From positions 22,242 to 86,241 of the forward strand of contig JAUCBJ010009147.1 of NCBI GenBank assembly GCA_032718475.1: a stretch of DNA of 64,000 nt, written 5' to 3'. The notes below the pieces were generated by a model. It saw only the letters and a program-made list of their open reading frames with translations, was not told where the DNA came from and did not search any database. The translations under genes were made by a program, and so were the position numbers. Within the stretch, counting starts at the first letter, position 1; every line of letters begins with the position of its first letter. This DNA comes from Nemertoderma westbladi (taxonomy: Eukaryota > Animalia > Xenacoelomorpha). This document shows, piece by piece, positions 29,501-41,565 of this stretch.

Positions 29501-32245
29501 ATCCATCTCAATAAGAACTACTCCAGCCATTAAGAACTACTCCAACCCAATAAGAACTACTCCAGCTCAATAAGAACTACTCCACCCCATTAAGAACTAC
29601 TCCAGCTCAATAAGAACTACTCCAACCCAATAAGAACTACTCCAACCCAATAAGAACTAATCAAGCCCAATAAAAACTACTCCAGCCCAATAAGAACTAC
29701 TCCAGCCCAATAAGAACTACTCCATCCCAATAAGAACTACTCCATCCCAATAAGAACTACTCCAACCCAATAAGAACTAATCCAGCCCAATAAGAACTAC
29801 TCCAGCCCAATAAGAACTACTCCAGCCCAATAAGAACTACTCCAGCCCAATAAGAACTACTCCAGCCCAATAAGAACTACTCCAGCCCAATAAGAACTAC
29901 CCCAGCCCAATAAGAACTACTCCAGCCCAATAAGAACTACAACATCCCAATAAGAACTACTCCACCCCAATAAGAACTACTCCAACCCAAAAAGAACTAA
30001 TCCAGCCCAATAAGAACTACTCCAGCCCAATAAGAACTAATCCAGCCCAATAAGAACTACTCCAGCCCAATAAGAACTACTCCAGCCCAATAAGAACTAC
30101 TCCAGCCCTATAAGAACTACTCCAGCCCAATAAGAACTACTCCAGTCCATAAAGAAAAAACTACTCCAACCCAATAAGAACTACTCCAGCCCATTAAGAA
30201 CTACTCCAGTCCAATAAGAACTACTCCAGCCCAATAAGAACTACTCCAGCCCAATAAGAACTACTCCAGCCCAATAAGAACTACTCCATCCCAATAAGAA
30301 CTACTCTATCCCAATAAGAACTACTCCAACCCAATAAGAACTAATCCAGCCCAATAAGAACTACTCCAGCCCAATAAGAACTACTCCAGCCCAATAAGAA
30401 CTACTCCAACCCAATAAGAACTAATCCAGCCCAATAAGAACTACTCCAGCCCAATAAGAACTACTCCAGCCCAATAAGAACTACTCCAGCCCAATAAGAA
30501 CTACTCCAGCCCAATAAGAACTACTCCATCCCAATAAGAACTACTCCATCCCAATAAGAACTACTCCAACCCAATAAGAACTAATCCAGCCCAATAAGAA
30601 CTACTCCAGCCCAATAAGAACTACTCCAGCCCAATAAGAACTACTCCAGCCCAATAAGAACTACTCCAGCCCAATAAGAACTACTCCAGCCCAATAAGAA
30701 CTACTCCATCCCAATAAGAACTACTCCATCCCAATAAGAACTACTCCATCCCAATAAGAACTACTCCAACCCAATAAGAACTACTCCAACCCAATAAGAA
30801 CTAATCAAGCCCAATAAGAACTACTCCAGCCCAATAAGAACTACTCCAGCCCAATAAGAACTACTCCATCCCAATAAGAACTACTCCATCCCAATAAGAA
30901 CTACTCCAACCCAATAAGAACTAATCCAGCCCAATAAGAACTACTCCAGCCCAATAAGAACTACTCCAGCCCAATAAGAACTACTCCAGCCCAATAAGAA
31001 CTACTCCAGCCCAATAAGAACTACTCCAGCCCAATAAGAACTACCCCAGCCCAATAAGAACTACTCCAGCCCAATAAGAACTACAACATCCCAATAAGAA
31101 CTACTCCACACCAATAAGAACTACTCCAACCCAAAAAGAACTAATCCAGCCCAATAAGAACTACTCCAACCCAATAAGAACTACTCCAGCCCATTGAGAA
31201 CTACTCCAGCCCAATAAGAACTACTCCAGCCCAATAAGAACTACTCCATCCCAATAAGAACTACTCCATCCCAATAAGAACTACTCCACCCCAATAAGAA
31301 GTACTCCATCCCAATAAGAACTACTCCAGCCCAATAAGAACTACTCCAACCCAATAAGAACTACTCCAGCCCATTAAGAACTACTCCAGCCCAATAAGAA
31401 CTACTCCAGCCATTAAGAACTACTCCAGCCCAATAAGAACTACTCAGCCATTAAGAACTACTCCAACCCAATAAGAACTACTCCAGCCCAATGAGAACTA
31501 CTCCAGCCCAATAAGAACTACAACATCCCAATAAGAACTACTCCACCCCAATAAGAACTACTCCAACCCAAAAAGAACTAATCCAGCCCAATAAGAACTA
31601 CTCCAGCCCAATAAGAACTAATCCAGCCCAATAAGAACTACTCCAGCCCAATAAGAACTACTCCAGCCCAATAAGAACTACTCCAGCCCAATAAGAACTA
31701 CTCCAGCCCTATAAGAACTACTCCAGCCCAATAAGAACTACTCCAGTCCATAAAGAAAAAACTACTCCAACCCAATAAGAACTACTCCAGCCCATTAAGA
31801 ACTACTCCAGTCCAATANNNNNNNNNNNNNNNNNNNNNNNNNNNNNNNNNNNNNNNNNNNNNNNNNNNNNNNNNNNNNNNNNNNNNNNNNNNNNNNNNNN
31901 NNNNNNNNNNNNNNNNNGCCCAATATGAACTACTCCAGCTCAATAAGAACTACTCCAGACCAATAAGAACTACTCCATCCCAATAAGAACTACTCCAACC
32001 CAATAAGAACTACTCCAGCCCAATAAGAACTACTCCAGCCCAATAAGAACTACTCAATCCCAATAAGAACTACTCCAGCCCAATAAGAACTACTCCATCC
32101 CAATAAGAACTACTCCAGCTCAATAAGAACTACTCCACCCCATTAAGAACTACTCCAGCTCAATAAGAACTACTCCAGCCCAATATGAACTACTCCAGCT
32201 CAATAAGAACTACTCCAGACCAATAAGAACTACTCCATCCCAATA
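2568..32245. repeat. Intronic 20-bp satellite (TACTCCAGCCCAATAAGAAC)n, ~29.7 kb, about 1,480 units as assembled
   Basis: Directly visible; variants mainly at CCA(G/T/A/C), CTA(C/A)T and A-run insertions; no ORFs are listed across it. Confidence 0.99.
31818..31917. other. Assembly gap (100 N) inside the satellite
   Basis: Exactly 100 N, so the true array length is unknown. Confidence 0.99.
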
Positions 32246-32284
32246 TGGGATTTCTCACATTGCTATTTTATTTTTATATTTTAG

Positions 32285-32562
32285 CGATCGCGGCGCGTTT
32301 GTTATCGGGCCATCTCCCCTGTCTGCTTGGAGGTCTCCTGTCCCAGACGACCCCCACCACCAACCCCGTGGCCGAGTGGCAGCGGTGGCTGGCTGTTCTC
32401 CCGTCCAGCTTCAACCGACTAACAGCCGCTGTTCGCCAGCTGGCCCTCAGTGTGGCCCAATGTGGCGCAATCTACGGCGAGCTCTACACATCGCCTAACA
32501 ATATGGCTAGTCGGCGGCTGTCCAACCTGGCCGCGTTAGTCATCGAGAAGTCTGGAGTTAAG
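32285..32562 (+). CDS. MBD5: Coding exon B (AIAARLLSGHLPC...VIEKSGVK)
   Basis: tttttatattttag| acceptor and AAG|gttagt donor; GC-rich; only the phase-1 frame is open; ends in phase 0. Confidence 0.8.
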
Positions 32563-33216
32563 GTTAGTCGAGGTCAGGTCAGGTCAGATCCTTACTGGAG
32601 ACGATTATGTAAAGTGTATTATTTATTGAATTTGGCTGTAAGTTTAATTTAATACACCCATTGCAATCGTGGAATGTTTTTTTTTTAATATATTATGATA
32701 CAACCAGAATTTTAAGATACGTTGATACAAATAAAGGTATGTCATTTCATTAATTTTTAAAATTAATTTCGCAGTAAACGGTACTAATTTATCGTTACGA
32801 TATAACACACTTTATAACTTTAAACCGGGGAAGTTCCCATTGAAATAATAATGAGTTAAAATCGTTCTGGAACACACCTCTGGGTGCTCTAAAATCGTAT
32901 TGCTTTTGCATATAAAGTCAAGACCCGGTGTCGAATTTGTTCACTTTTTGGAAAATCCACAATGATGCCAACAATATACCCGAATCAGTTAAAACCTTTA
33001 TTACTTCCATGCAAGGTGTAATGCAATATATGCCGCACTAGAATATGAATTGCGGAAATTAATAAAATTATTGGGAAGAGTTATCTAATTCGGGTCTATC
33101 TTTATTTAGGTACCGGTATATCTTTCGATTTATGTCCTCCGTATATCGAAGATATAATAATAAGATATGAAATATATTATGTGTTTCTGAGTGATCTTTG
33201 TTTTTTATTATTTTAG

Positions 33217-34241
33217 AGTACTTGCCAGAAACCTCTCCACCTTCAGATACAAACCAGTAATCAACGACCTGTTAACCAAGGCCATGCACAATTGCAGTAC
33301 ACCCCTCGCCGCTCTATGCAGCGGCCCCCATACCCCTCCCCCTTTCATACCTCTGTGCAGCGGCCCCCATACCCCACCCCTTTCCCTGTTATTGCCGCCC
33401 CTCGTCCATCTAATATTCCCCAATCTCTTCCACACGTTCATGAGCAACAGTCTTCCATGCACCACCTACCACACCCATCGCCGACTCAACTGGCAGCCCC
33501 AAATCCAGAGGTCATTCCGCTAAATATTTCGCAAGCTTCCCAGCCTCATCAGCAGTCAGCTTCAGTCAATAGTTTCCCTATTAATCAACATATTTATCAA
33601 AATATTCCACAAACACCGTCACAAAATGTTAACCTTTCTTATGAAGAATTCCCAATCGGAAATCAGATTCAGCAAAAGCCTTACAACGCCCAATACCATA
33701 AATATCCATCATACAACATCTATCGACAACAACATACTCCTTCATACACGCCGACTCCCTCGCCTTCATACAATAATGATATTAATTTAATGAGACAACA
33801 ATCTACTTACAACATTCCTTTGCAACAAGCATCGCCTTACGAACAATCACCAGCATTCCACCCTCCTCCTCAACCATCGCCATCCTACGCGTTCCCTCAC
33901 CATCAGTCACCATCTCCCTACCAACAGCAACTTCATTCACCAGTTGCATCAATTTACCCACCCCAACAATCACCGACGGCGTACAATAATGTCCAACACT
34001 CTCCCGCCTACATTCCCCCGCAGCAAGTGTCACCCCAGCGCTCTCCTGTGTTCAAGATGGCCTCCAAACCCGGTATCGTTCACCAAAGGAATCCCTACCT
34101 AGTTGTATCCGAACAGTCTGTCCCGTATAAGGAATGGTACCCACAACCCCCAGACCATTACTTCCATCCCGGACCAAACGTTAACAGATTTAGACAGGGT
34201 GCGCCTCTTTACAATCAGCAATACATGGAGTCGTCCCCCAG
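33217..34241 (+). CDS. MBD5: Coding exon C, Pro/Gln/Tyr/Ser-rich low-complexity region
   Basis: ttattattttag| acceptor in phase 0, in frame with ORF 33292-34245; CCCAG|gtaaca donor in phase 2. Confidence 0.85.
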
Positions 34242-34574
34242 GTAACAACACCGTAATATTTTGTTTCATTTTGTCACAACTTATTTTTCATATTTTTATA
34301 TTTTCGCATATTTGTTGTTTTTAAATTATTTCGCATAGCTGTTTTATTTTAGTGCTGAAAAAGTTTCTCAATCTGCTGTTTTCAAAATTTTCTAATTTGT
34401 CTTGAAAAAGTTTTCAAAAATTTCTAAAGTTTTATAATTTGTTTTTTACGTTGGAGTCAAAGTTGTTGATTTTGTCAGGACTTCGGAACCGTGTTCCGAT
34501 TTTGTTCTGTTCCTATTGTTTACTAATGTTCCGCGACTCATCTTTAACGCCAACAATTTTCTATTCATACACAG

Positions 34575-34978
34575 GTTAAATCGAGCCACCGACAACCAAT
34601 CTCCTAACCCCCTCCAACTACTCATGATTCTCGCCCAAGAGAGCAACTTCGACGCTTCAGTTTTATTCAACCTAATGCAGCAACAACAACTAGTGGTCCA
34701 GCAGCTACAGCAGCAGTTATCCAGTCTCTTCCTCGCCATGTTGCACACCCGTAGTTCCTCCGGCCAGGTGGCTTCCCAGTTGACCTTCCTACAACAGGCG
34801 ATGCAAGCCGAGACGGGGGGTGCACCAGTGCCTATGGGTGCCGGTGTAAGTGTTCCACAGCACCACCACGAGGAGAACCACCCGCTGGTGTCTGCACTCG
34901 CTCAGCTATCTCAGAAGAACAATGTATGGCAGAGCGGAGGACCTCAGCAGCAAGGTCCCCCGAATTCCATTCCATTTG
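34575..34978 (+). CDS. MBD5: Coding exon D, Gln/Leu-rich (RLNRATDNQSPNPLQLL...NSIPF)
   Basis: catacacag| acceptor in phase 2 completes AG+G=Arg; TTTG|gtgagt donor in phase 1; lies within ORF 34516-35016. Confidence 0.85.
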
Positions 34979-36593
34979 GTGAGTGCTACAACCTAGGGTT
35001 GGGGAATAAAGAATAAAGTAGTCAGGTATGGTTTCTAATGCCATTTTTTAATGGGGAATTCATGACACTGCCTTTTTTGAAACAGTAGTGTGTGGTTGTG
35101 AAAGTAGTGGTTTCTATCGTCGATAGTAAATATTATTTTTGAAAATGATGTGTGCCGTGTGGTTTATGCAGTTTTCATATTTGCCAAATCTATATTGAAC
35201 GCGAAAAATGCCTGTTCATGAATATTACATTAAATATATCTAACTAAACCTCGATATTTTTGGAAAAAAAACCCAGTTTGGTCATATAAATTACATTAAT
35301 GCTAATAATTTAATAGATCTGTCTGTACCAGTTTTTTGTAGGGTACTAGTACTACTTACTACTACTAGGTCGAGTGTCCTCGGACGTAATGTCTTTCAGT
35401 TGTAGGAGTTCACCGCTTGTGGTTTAAAATTTACTAGCGTCTATGCATTAGGCCGCCGTTGGTTGATTACCTTCAGCCGACCTTGTGACGCGAGCCACGA
35501 GCTTAGCATGCGGGCACCACTATCTCAATCGGTGTGTCGGTTGATCCGTCGTTATGTTGAGTCCAAAATTTAAACGTCAATTAACTCGATCAATCCTCGA
35601 TGAAATGTAACTAAACTTGGTACACAAATAGTCTGTCAAAAGTTTAGAAATTTTCCAAGCCGAATTTGCGAAGCTAAGATAAAAGCAGTTAATTAAGTTG
35701 GTTACGGTAAAAAAAACTGCACTTCCACGCAGCCTGCCCTTTCATGGAGATTAGTTATTTTCTAGAATAAGATTTAAATAATTTAACGTAAAAATTATAC
35801 AGCTGTAATCCCCATATCCTATTCCATTGTAGTTTTTAATTAATTCAAGTGATTTACTTTAAGAAATGTGTTTGTAATTGATCTAAAAACATTATTAACT
35901 TATTTAAATGCCACGTCTCTCCAGCTACTTCCATCTCCGCATATAAATGTCGGGCAGTTGGCGGAAGCGGCAGCTATAATTATATCACAATGCCTCAAAA
36001 ATAATTATACAACAGCGACTATGCCGGGACTTGTCATCAACGAACAATCGATGATGTTTTATCATAAACTATCCCTAGCGTACTGAGCCGCTCCATGTAC
36101 CTAGGCTTTTGAAGATTTTCATAATTTTCGGTTATATTCGAGATGTAGCTCTATCTGGTCGGATAGGCGAGAGAAACCCGAATGCTAGGAGGACATCCAC
36201 ACCCGCAGAGGCAGCCCTTCCCTTACTCAACCGGGTGTGGGCCACTTTTCATTCAGGGCCACATATCTGTGAATAATACCTTGCTACTATGTCTAACTAC
36301 TGCACCCCTTGCAAGGCCATGCTTCTGGCACCAGATAATGTTTGCACCGCAACTAATACGTGATCTCACTTAAAACAAAGTGTTACCTATTCAATTGGCC
36401 ATTATGGCTCGTTCTGCACGCTGTTTTTGGCGACTTCGGTGTTGCGTATCGGGGCTGCTCGGGCGTTGCATGTGTGTGTGTGTGTGTGGGTTATTTGAGT
36501 GTATGTGTGTTACTGTTGTGTACGTATGTTTGAGACTATTTACATTTACATTTATATTACATTTTATATTTTATATTACGTTTATATATCATA

Positions 36594-37265
36594 CCGGGTG
36601 TTCCATAATGATTGCCAAGGCCAGCCAAAACTGCAAGAAATGCACTATAGTGTAATATATCATTCGAATGAGAATTTAATTCTGAGCTTGCATGCAAAAA
36701 TGTAGGGTCCAATACAAAAGTATAAAAATTTTATAGGTAATTCTTTAAACCTATCTTACTTTTCAATATTTGTGATTTAATCACAATTAAAAAAAATATA
36801 ATTTATCCAGCGTTAGTCATCAGCTTTACAGCCATGTTTCTTTCCCCTTTGCAGCACGGGGAGCTCGATAGTGGCAAAGGATGTTGGCCCTTAAAAGGGC
36901 CGATTTGGGTTGAGTTCAGTTTGATTATGCCACAGAATCACGACCCTCTCTAAAAGTAACATCTCTGATCCTGTCAACCATACGTTTTTCTTCAGAGTCA
37001 TCGAAGATTGCACTGGAACTTGTAATTTTAATTACTTCTGTTAGCCCTAATTCAGTAAAATTACCAAAGAAACACTAAAACCGGTAACTGAATTTTGTAA
37101 TATATTGCAATACAGCGAAATTCAGGCAGTAATAACTGTTTAAACAGGACTGCAAAGCTGATGACTAGCACTGGATAAATTATATTTATTTTAATTGTAA
37201 TTAAATCAAAAATATTGAAAAGTAAGATAGGTTTAAAGAATTACCTATAAAATTTCTATACTTTT
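36594..37265. mobile_element. Foldback/MITE remnant, possibly Tc1/mariner-derived
   Basis: ~125-bp inverted repeat, 36716-36839 vs 37142-37265; ta|ccgggtgttcc mariner-like left terminus at 36594 with no matching right terminus. Confidence 0.6.
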
Positions 37266-37552
37266 ACGGGCGCTCATAAGCCATTATATTGGCTTGTTGC
37301 CCAATTGCTTTGTATTGAATAAAATAAATGTTAAACGAAAAGAGGACAACCACGATAAAATCGGTCGTCTTGTGTTTATTGAGTTGCCATGCGGTACTTT
37401 ATTTCTCCAATAATATGTAATAAATCTATTTCTATTTATTTTCCTTGGATATGAAGAGCAGTCTTACTTCCCTAGTTCAGATAGGTTTGTTTAGGTTGAT
37501 AATAATCTTCTTCTTCTTTCTTCTTCTATCTTCTATATCTAAAGCTCAAATT

Positions 37553-37645
37553 GTGTATGTATGTATGTATGTATGTATGTATGTATGTATGTATGTATGT
37601 ATGTATGTATGTATGTATGTATGTATGTATGTTTGTATGTATGTT
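37553..37645. repeat. (TATG)n microsatellite
   Basis: Directly visible. Confidence 0.95.
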
Positions 37646-38207
37646 TGTTTGTTCCTCTATCTCCTCCTAAACTACTGGCTCTCGCGATATGAGGAAAATA
37701 CCGTTGGATTCAGCGTGGTCTTGGGCTCTGTATAAAGTAATTTTCAGAAAAATACAGTAATTCGTTATTGCAAAAAATGAAATAAACGAAAAGTGCCATA
37801 GACGCAATGGTAAAATTACACCAATAACAGCTGTGTGTTCATGATGAAAAATGGCTTATGTAATGGATTTCTACTCAGGCTTAGTATAAATCGATGAGGT
37901 TGCCAAGATTATTGTACTTACAGTAGTACACCAATACTGTTTGCTTAGGCCCTACTGCCCAAACGCCACCCCTTACAAACTTGAAATTCTTCATAGGGTA
38001 GCATTAGTGTGTGTTAAATATTTTATACAGCTGATCAGCTTACATACAGCTTATCAGTAAAGGTATGGGTGAATTTGAATTATTACTAATTCCAGGTGAA
38101 TGAATTTTAGGGTTTGTCTTTTTGCCGTATGCGTACGTATTTGAATGAGTTCCCGTAGCCTACCGTAGGCTACCGTATGTGGGACTATTTGCCCGTATTC
38201 AGGAAGC

Positions 38208-38455
38208 TATTCGCCGTGAGGACCAGCCAGTGCATAATCTTGTACTTTGGCAGCCTCATGGAGTGAATAAGCATAGTGGACAGCCCATGACTTTCTTGAG
38301 ACGCATCTTAAAGGACACTGGCCTTGAAGATGCGGATGATCTAGCAAATGTCATGGGTGATAGGGAGTTGTGGCGGCGCAATTTTGTTGACAAGCCGGCA
38401 CAGCATTCTTAAAAATGCAGCTGCAATGCAGCATGCCGATAATAGTAGTAGTACT
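38208..38455 (+). mobile_element. 5'-truncated RTE-clade LINE fragment (C-terminus of the RT ORF)
   Basis: Peptide IRREDQPVHNLVLWQPHG..GQPMTFL..I.KDTG..L..M.DRELWR resembles RTE ORF ends; short (TAG)n tail; AGGAAGC repeated at 38201-38207 and 38456-38462. Confidence 0.7.
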
Positions 38456-38964
38456 AGGAAGCAGAATCAGTGCACTGCTTACCGCTAACGGTAGGCCTAC
38501 TGTACCTGGCAACCTGGCCTGTTTTAAGTGTTTTTATACTACGTGTTCTATGCTCCCGGTACCAGGGGTTTGGAAATTCTCGGCGAGTTTTTTTTTTCAA
38601 GGATATTTTTTATTATTTATCATTATTATGAAATGATGATAATAATTATTATGAAATATAATGATAATAATTATTTTGAAATAATCATAATAATTATTAT
38701 ACTGTTTGTTGATGGCTGAAAGTTAAATTGCCCAGGCTAGTATAACACGAAGTGGGGCCTTCGCGCAGCACGTGACTTGAACTTATGTTAGGTGTCAACT
38801 CGAAAGAAATATTTGCAAAATGTAAACATGTCCCCTTAGTCACAATAACACATAGAGGCTGACTGAGAAATTGCAATCGAGTTAAGACTTCATAAAAACT
38901 CAGTCTGAGGTCTAGAATATATGTAAATGTAAAAGTAAAAAAGCAGGCCTACATTTTCTTCGAC

Positions 38965-39222
38965 TATTAGGCCAGGGATTACGCACAAAGTCTGACGACT
39001 TATTTCCAGTGCGGTCCCCCAGAACTATACTCCTCAGAGTAAAGTACTCATTACTCATTTAGTACTCATTTAGCTACCACTTAAGGATGTAAGGCAGAGA
39101 TGCGCCCTGGCTGGTTCCTTTAAAGCATTCGTGCCGAAACGAAAACTGCCTTGGCCCATGTGAGGATCGAACCCACGACCTACGGGAGATGTGAATTCTA
39201 TGCAACCACTACACCAAGGTGT
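38965..39222 (-). mobile_element. tRNA-derived SINE
   Basis: Minus strand has an A-box (TGGTGTAGTGG) and a B-box (GGTTCGATCC, 39164-39173) followed by a non-tRNA body (gggaccgcactggaaataag). Confidence 0.65.
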
Positions 39223-39309
39223 GACCTATGTGCCAGGTATCAGAAAATGATTATAAACTATAATACGAAAGGGCTGACGTTTTAATTTCACACATATCTA
39301 AAATTTTTA

Positions 39310-39915
39310 ATTTCAGCCCACTAGCGGTAGAGAATACCATCCCAACAAAGATGCTACCTATGTATGGTCTACGGTCTAGCATGTCTGCCAAGTATCAGCT
39401 TGAATGGATAATAAAGAACCAAATGAGAGAAAGTTTTTACTTTCAGACATTTCAACCTCTAGCGGCAAACTGGAGAACTGAGAACCGATCAAATTCTTCA
39501 CACAGACGAACCATGTGGTCTGGTACATATTTGCCAAGATTCAGCTTTAAACAGATTAAGATCAAAGGAACTGGACGGTTAATACTTTCATACATTTCGC
39601 TCTCTAGCGACATACTGGAAAATTGCAGACTGACCGATTACAGAGACCCGCACAAAGATACAGGATGTGTTCTAGCACATATATGACAACTTTCAGCTTG
39701 TATGGATCATAAATAACGGAATGGGTCAATAATTTCACTTTCAGGCATTTCGCTCTCCAGTGGAAGACAAGAGAACTATAGACTGGTTAGCCTAGCCCCC
39801 TTTGAATGCCACAGCTAATGGTCTAGTACATTTCTGCCAAGTTTCAGCTTGTACGGATTAAAAGCAAAGAAATTGGAGGACATTTAATGTTTAGACATGT
39901 TGGAGACTGATGAAC
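39310..39915. repeat. About four degenerate ~150-bp tandem units
   Basis: ggtctag..cat..tgccaag..tcagctt recurs at ~39374, 39517, 39670 and 39820, with cattt(c)..ctctagcg motifs in between. Confidence 0.6.
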
Positions 39916-40437
39916 TGGGTTTCTTAAAGTTTTTAAAAATCTCACCTTTTGGTCCTGTAATAATGCCAACAAATTTTCAACACGACACACGGCTTTAAAT
40001 CCGACAAAGTTATTAGCATGTCAAATCGTAACGAAGACTACGTCGCGGCGTCAACAACTATTTGTCATTATTGTCCCACCCCTAACATGGTCAGTTCACT
40101 AAGAATCCGGCAACGTCGTGGCTCACCCCACAAAGCGCGAGCTGTATAATCTTAGCACAGTACAGCCGGCTCGCTGTATAATTTACCTATACTGTACGTA
40201 CAGGTCTATAAACATGGATAAATAGGCCAGGTACAGTACCGTGAGATTTAGCCATAGTGCAGTAGTGCTGCAGTGCACTGACTACTGCTTCCTGAATAAC
40301 GGGCAAATACGTCCCACATACGGTAGCCTACGGTAGGCTACCGTAACTATTTCAAATACGTACACATACGGCAAAAAGACAAACCCTGAATTTTAGTGAT
40401 AATGTAGGCTTTCAACTTTAGTACTGTACTGTAGGAT

Positions 40438-40595
40438 TTTTTTTTTTTTTTTTTTTTTTTTATAGAACAATTTATATATAGAACAAAATAAATATTGCAA
40501 AATATATAATATATATTATTAAAACAGAAATAGAATTGAATTTAATAAAGCAAAATGCCAACAAATATATACTACACATACACAATACTGTAACT
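40438..40595 (-). mobile_element. Short poly(A)-tailed retro-insertion with a 17-bp TSD
   Basis: GTACTGTACTGTAGGAT at 40421-40437 and 40596-40612 flank a ~25-nt poly(T) plus an AT-rich body. Confidence 0.75.
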
Positions 40596-41344
40596 GTACT
40601 GTACTGTAGGATAATAATAATGAATGGAGAGGGACCCAACTATACTACGTTTGTTTGTTCTTATAGCTGGCATTTTATGAACTGTGTTCAATCAAAGACA
40701 CCAGTGTAGTAGTTGGGTCCTTCTCCATTCATTATTATTATCCTACAGTACAGTACTACAGTTGAAAGCCTACATTATCACTAAAATTCATTCACCTGGA
40801 ATTAGTAATATTTCACATTCGCCCATACCTTTACTGATAAGTTGTATGTAAGCTGATCAGCTGTATAAAATATTTAACACACACTAATGCTACCCTATGA
40901 AGAATTTCAAGTTTGTAAGGGGTGGCGTTTGGGCAGTAGGGCCTAAGCAAACAGTATGTGTGTACTACTGTAAGTACAATAATCTATCGATTTATACTAA
41001 GCCTGAGTAGAAATCCATTACATAAGCCATTTTTCATCATGAACACACAGCTGTTATTGGTGTAATTTTACCATTGCTTCTATGGCACTTTTCGTTTATT
41101 CACAACACCGTTCTGTATATTGATAGAATTATACGGTACTATTTTTTATTATATTGTATTGTGTACTAAATTTACACTACACTATCAAGGCGTTGGGATG
41201 GGGCGGGGGGTATATTTAATACTTTAATTTGATAAAATCAAAAATTTTAATAAACTAAATTTGAGAGCATCCATAGTATCTATAGTATAATAGATACTAC
41301 TGTAGACTAGCAAGTCTGGCGCGCGAAGCGCGCCTGGTTTGCTA

Positions 41345-41345
<1 letters not shown>

Positions 41346-41391
<46 letters not shown>
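41346..41391. repeat. (AAT)n microsatellite
   Basis: Directly visible. Confidence 0.95.
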
Positions 41392-41392
<1 letters not shown>

Positions 41393-41565
41393 TAATATAA
41401 TGAATAATTAACACACATAAATGAAAATAAGTATTTGTTTAATTTATTTAGTATTTTTTAGGTCAGATAGAAAGGCATAGAATACGTGCTCATATTTTAG
41501 TATTTCATAGATTTTATTCTTATATTATGTCCCGCATTAGTAACATGATGTTGTTTCTATTTCAG

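Larger units (their letters stand above)
38110..40386. mobile_element. Non-autonomous MULE/Mutator-like element with ~115-bp TIRs and a 9-bp TSD
   Basis: TGAATTTTA|GGGTTTGTC...GACAAACCC|TGAATTTTA (TSD at 38101-38109 and 40387-40395); TIR 38110-38207 plus 38463-38478 matches 40269-40386. Confidence 0.8.
37781..41100. mobile_element. Long foldback element whose left arm is interrupted by two insertions
   Basis: 37781-38109 is the reverse complement of ~40781-41100; the left arm resumes at 40396-40437 and 40596-40650 and pairs with ~40705-40780. Confidence 0.8.
37506..41345 (+). mobile_element. Non-autonomous Helitron carrying nested insertions
   Basis: Starts A|TC (aataa|tcttc), has (TATG)n near the 5' end, a GGCGCGC-GAA-GCGCGCC hairpin at 41318-41334 and a CTAG|T terminus; both flanks are AAT repeat. 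Confidence 0.65.

Noticed and set aside
35470-36280. Possible Helentron/DINE-like element
   Set aside because: Some typical motifs are present (aaacttggtacac, GC-rich start) but termini and target site could not be defined.
39150-39222. Functional tRNA gene on the minus strand
   Set aside because: A and B boxes are present but the acceptor and anticodon stems are poor, and a SINE-like body follows.
37445-41418. Short ORFs containing (YVCM)n or poly-Ile
   Set aside because: Translations of the (TATG)n and (AAT)n microsatellites.
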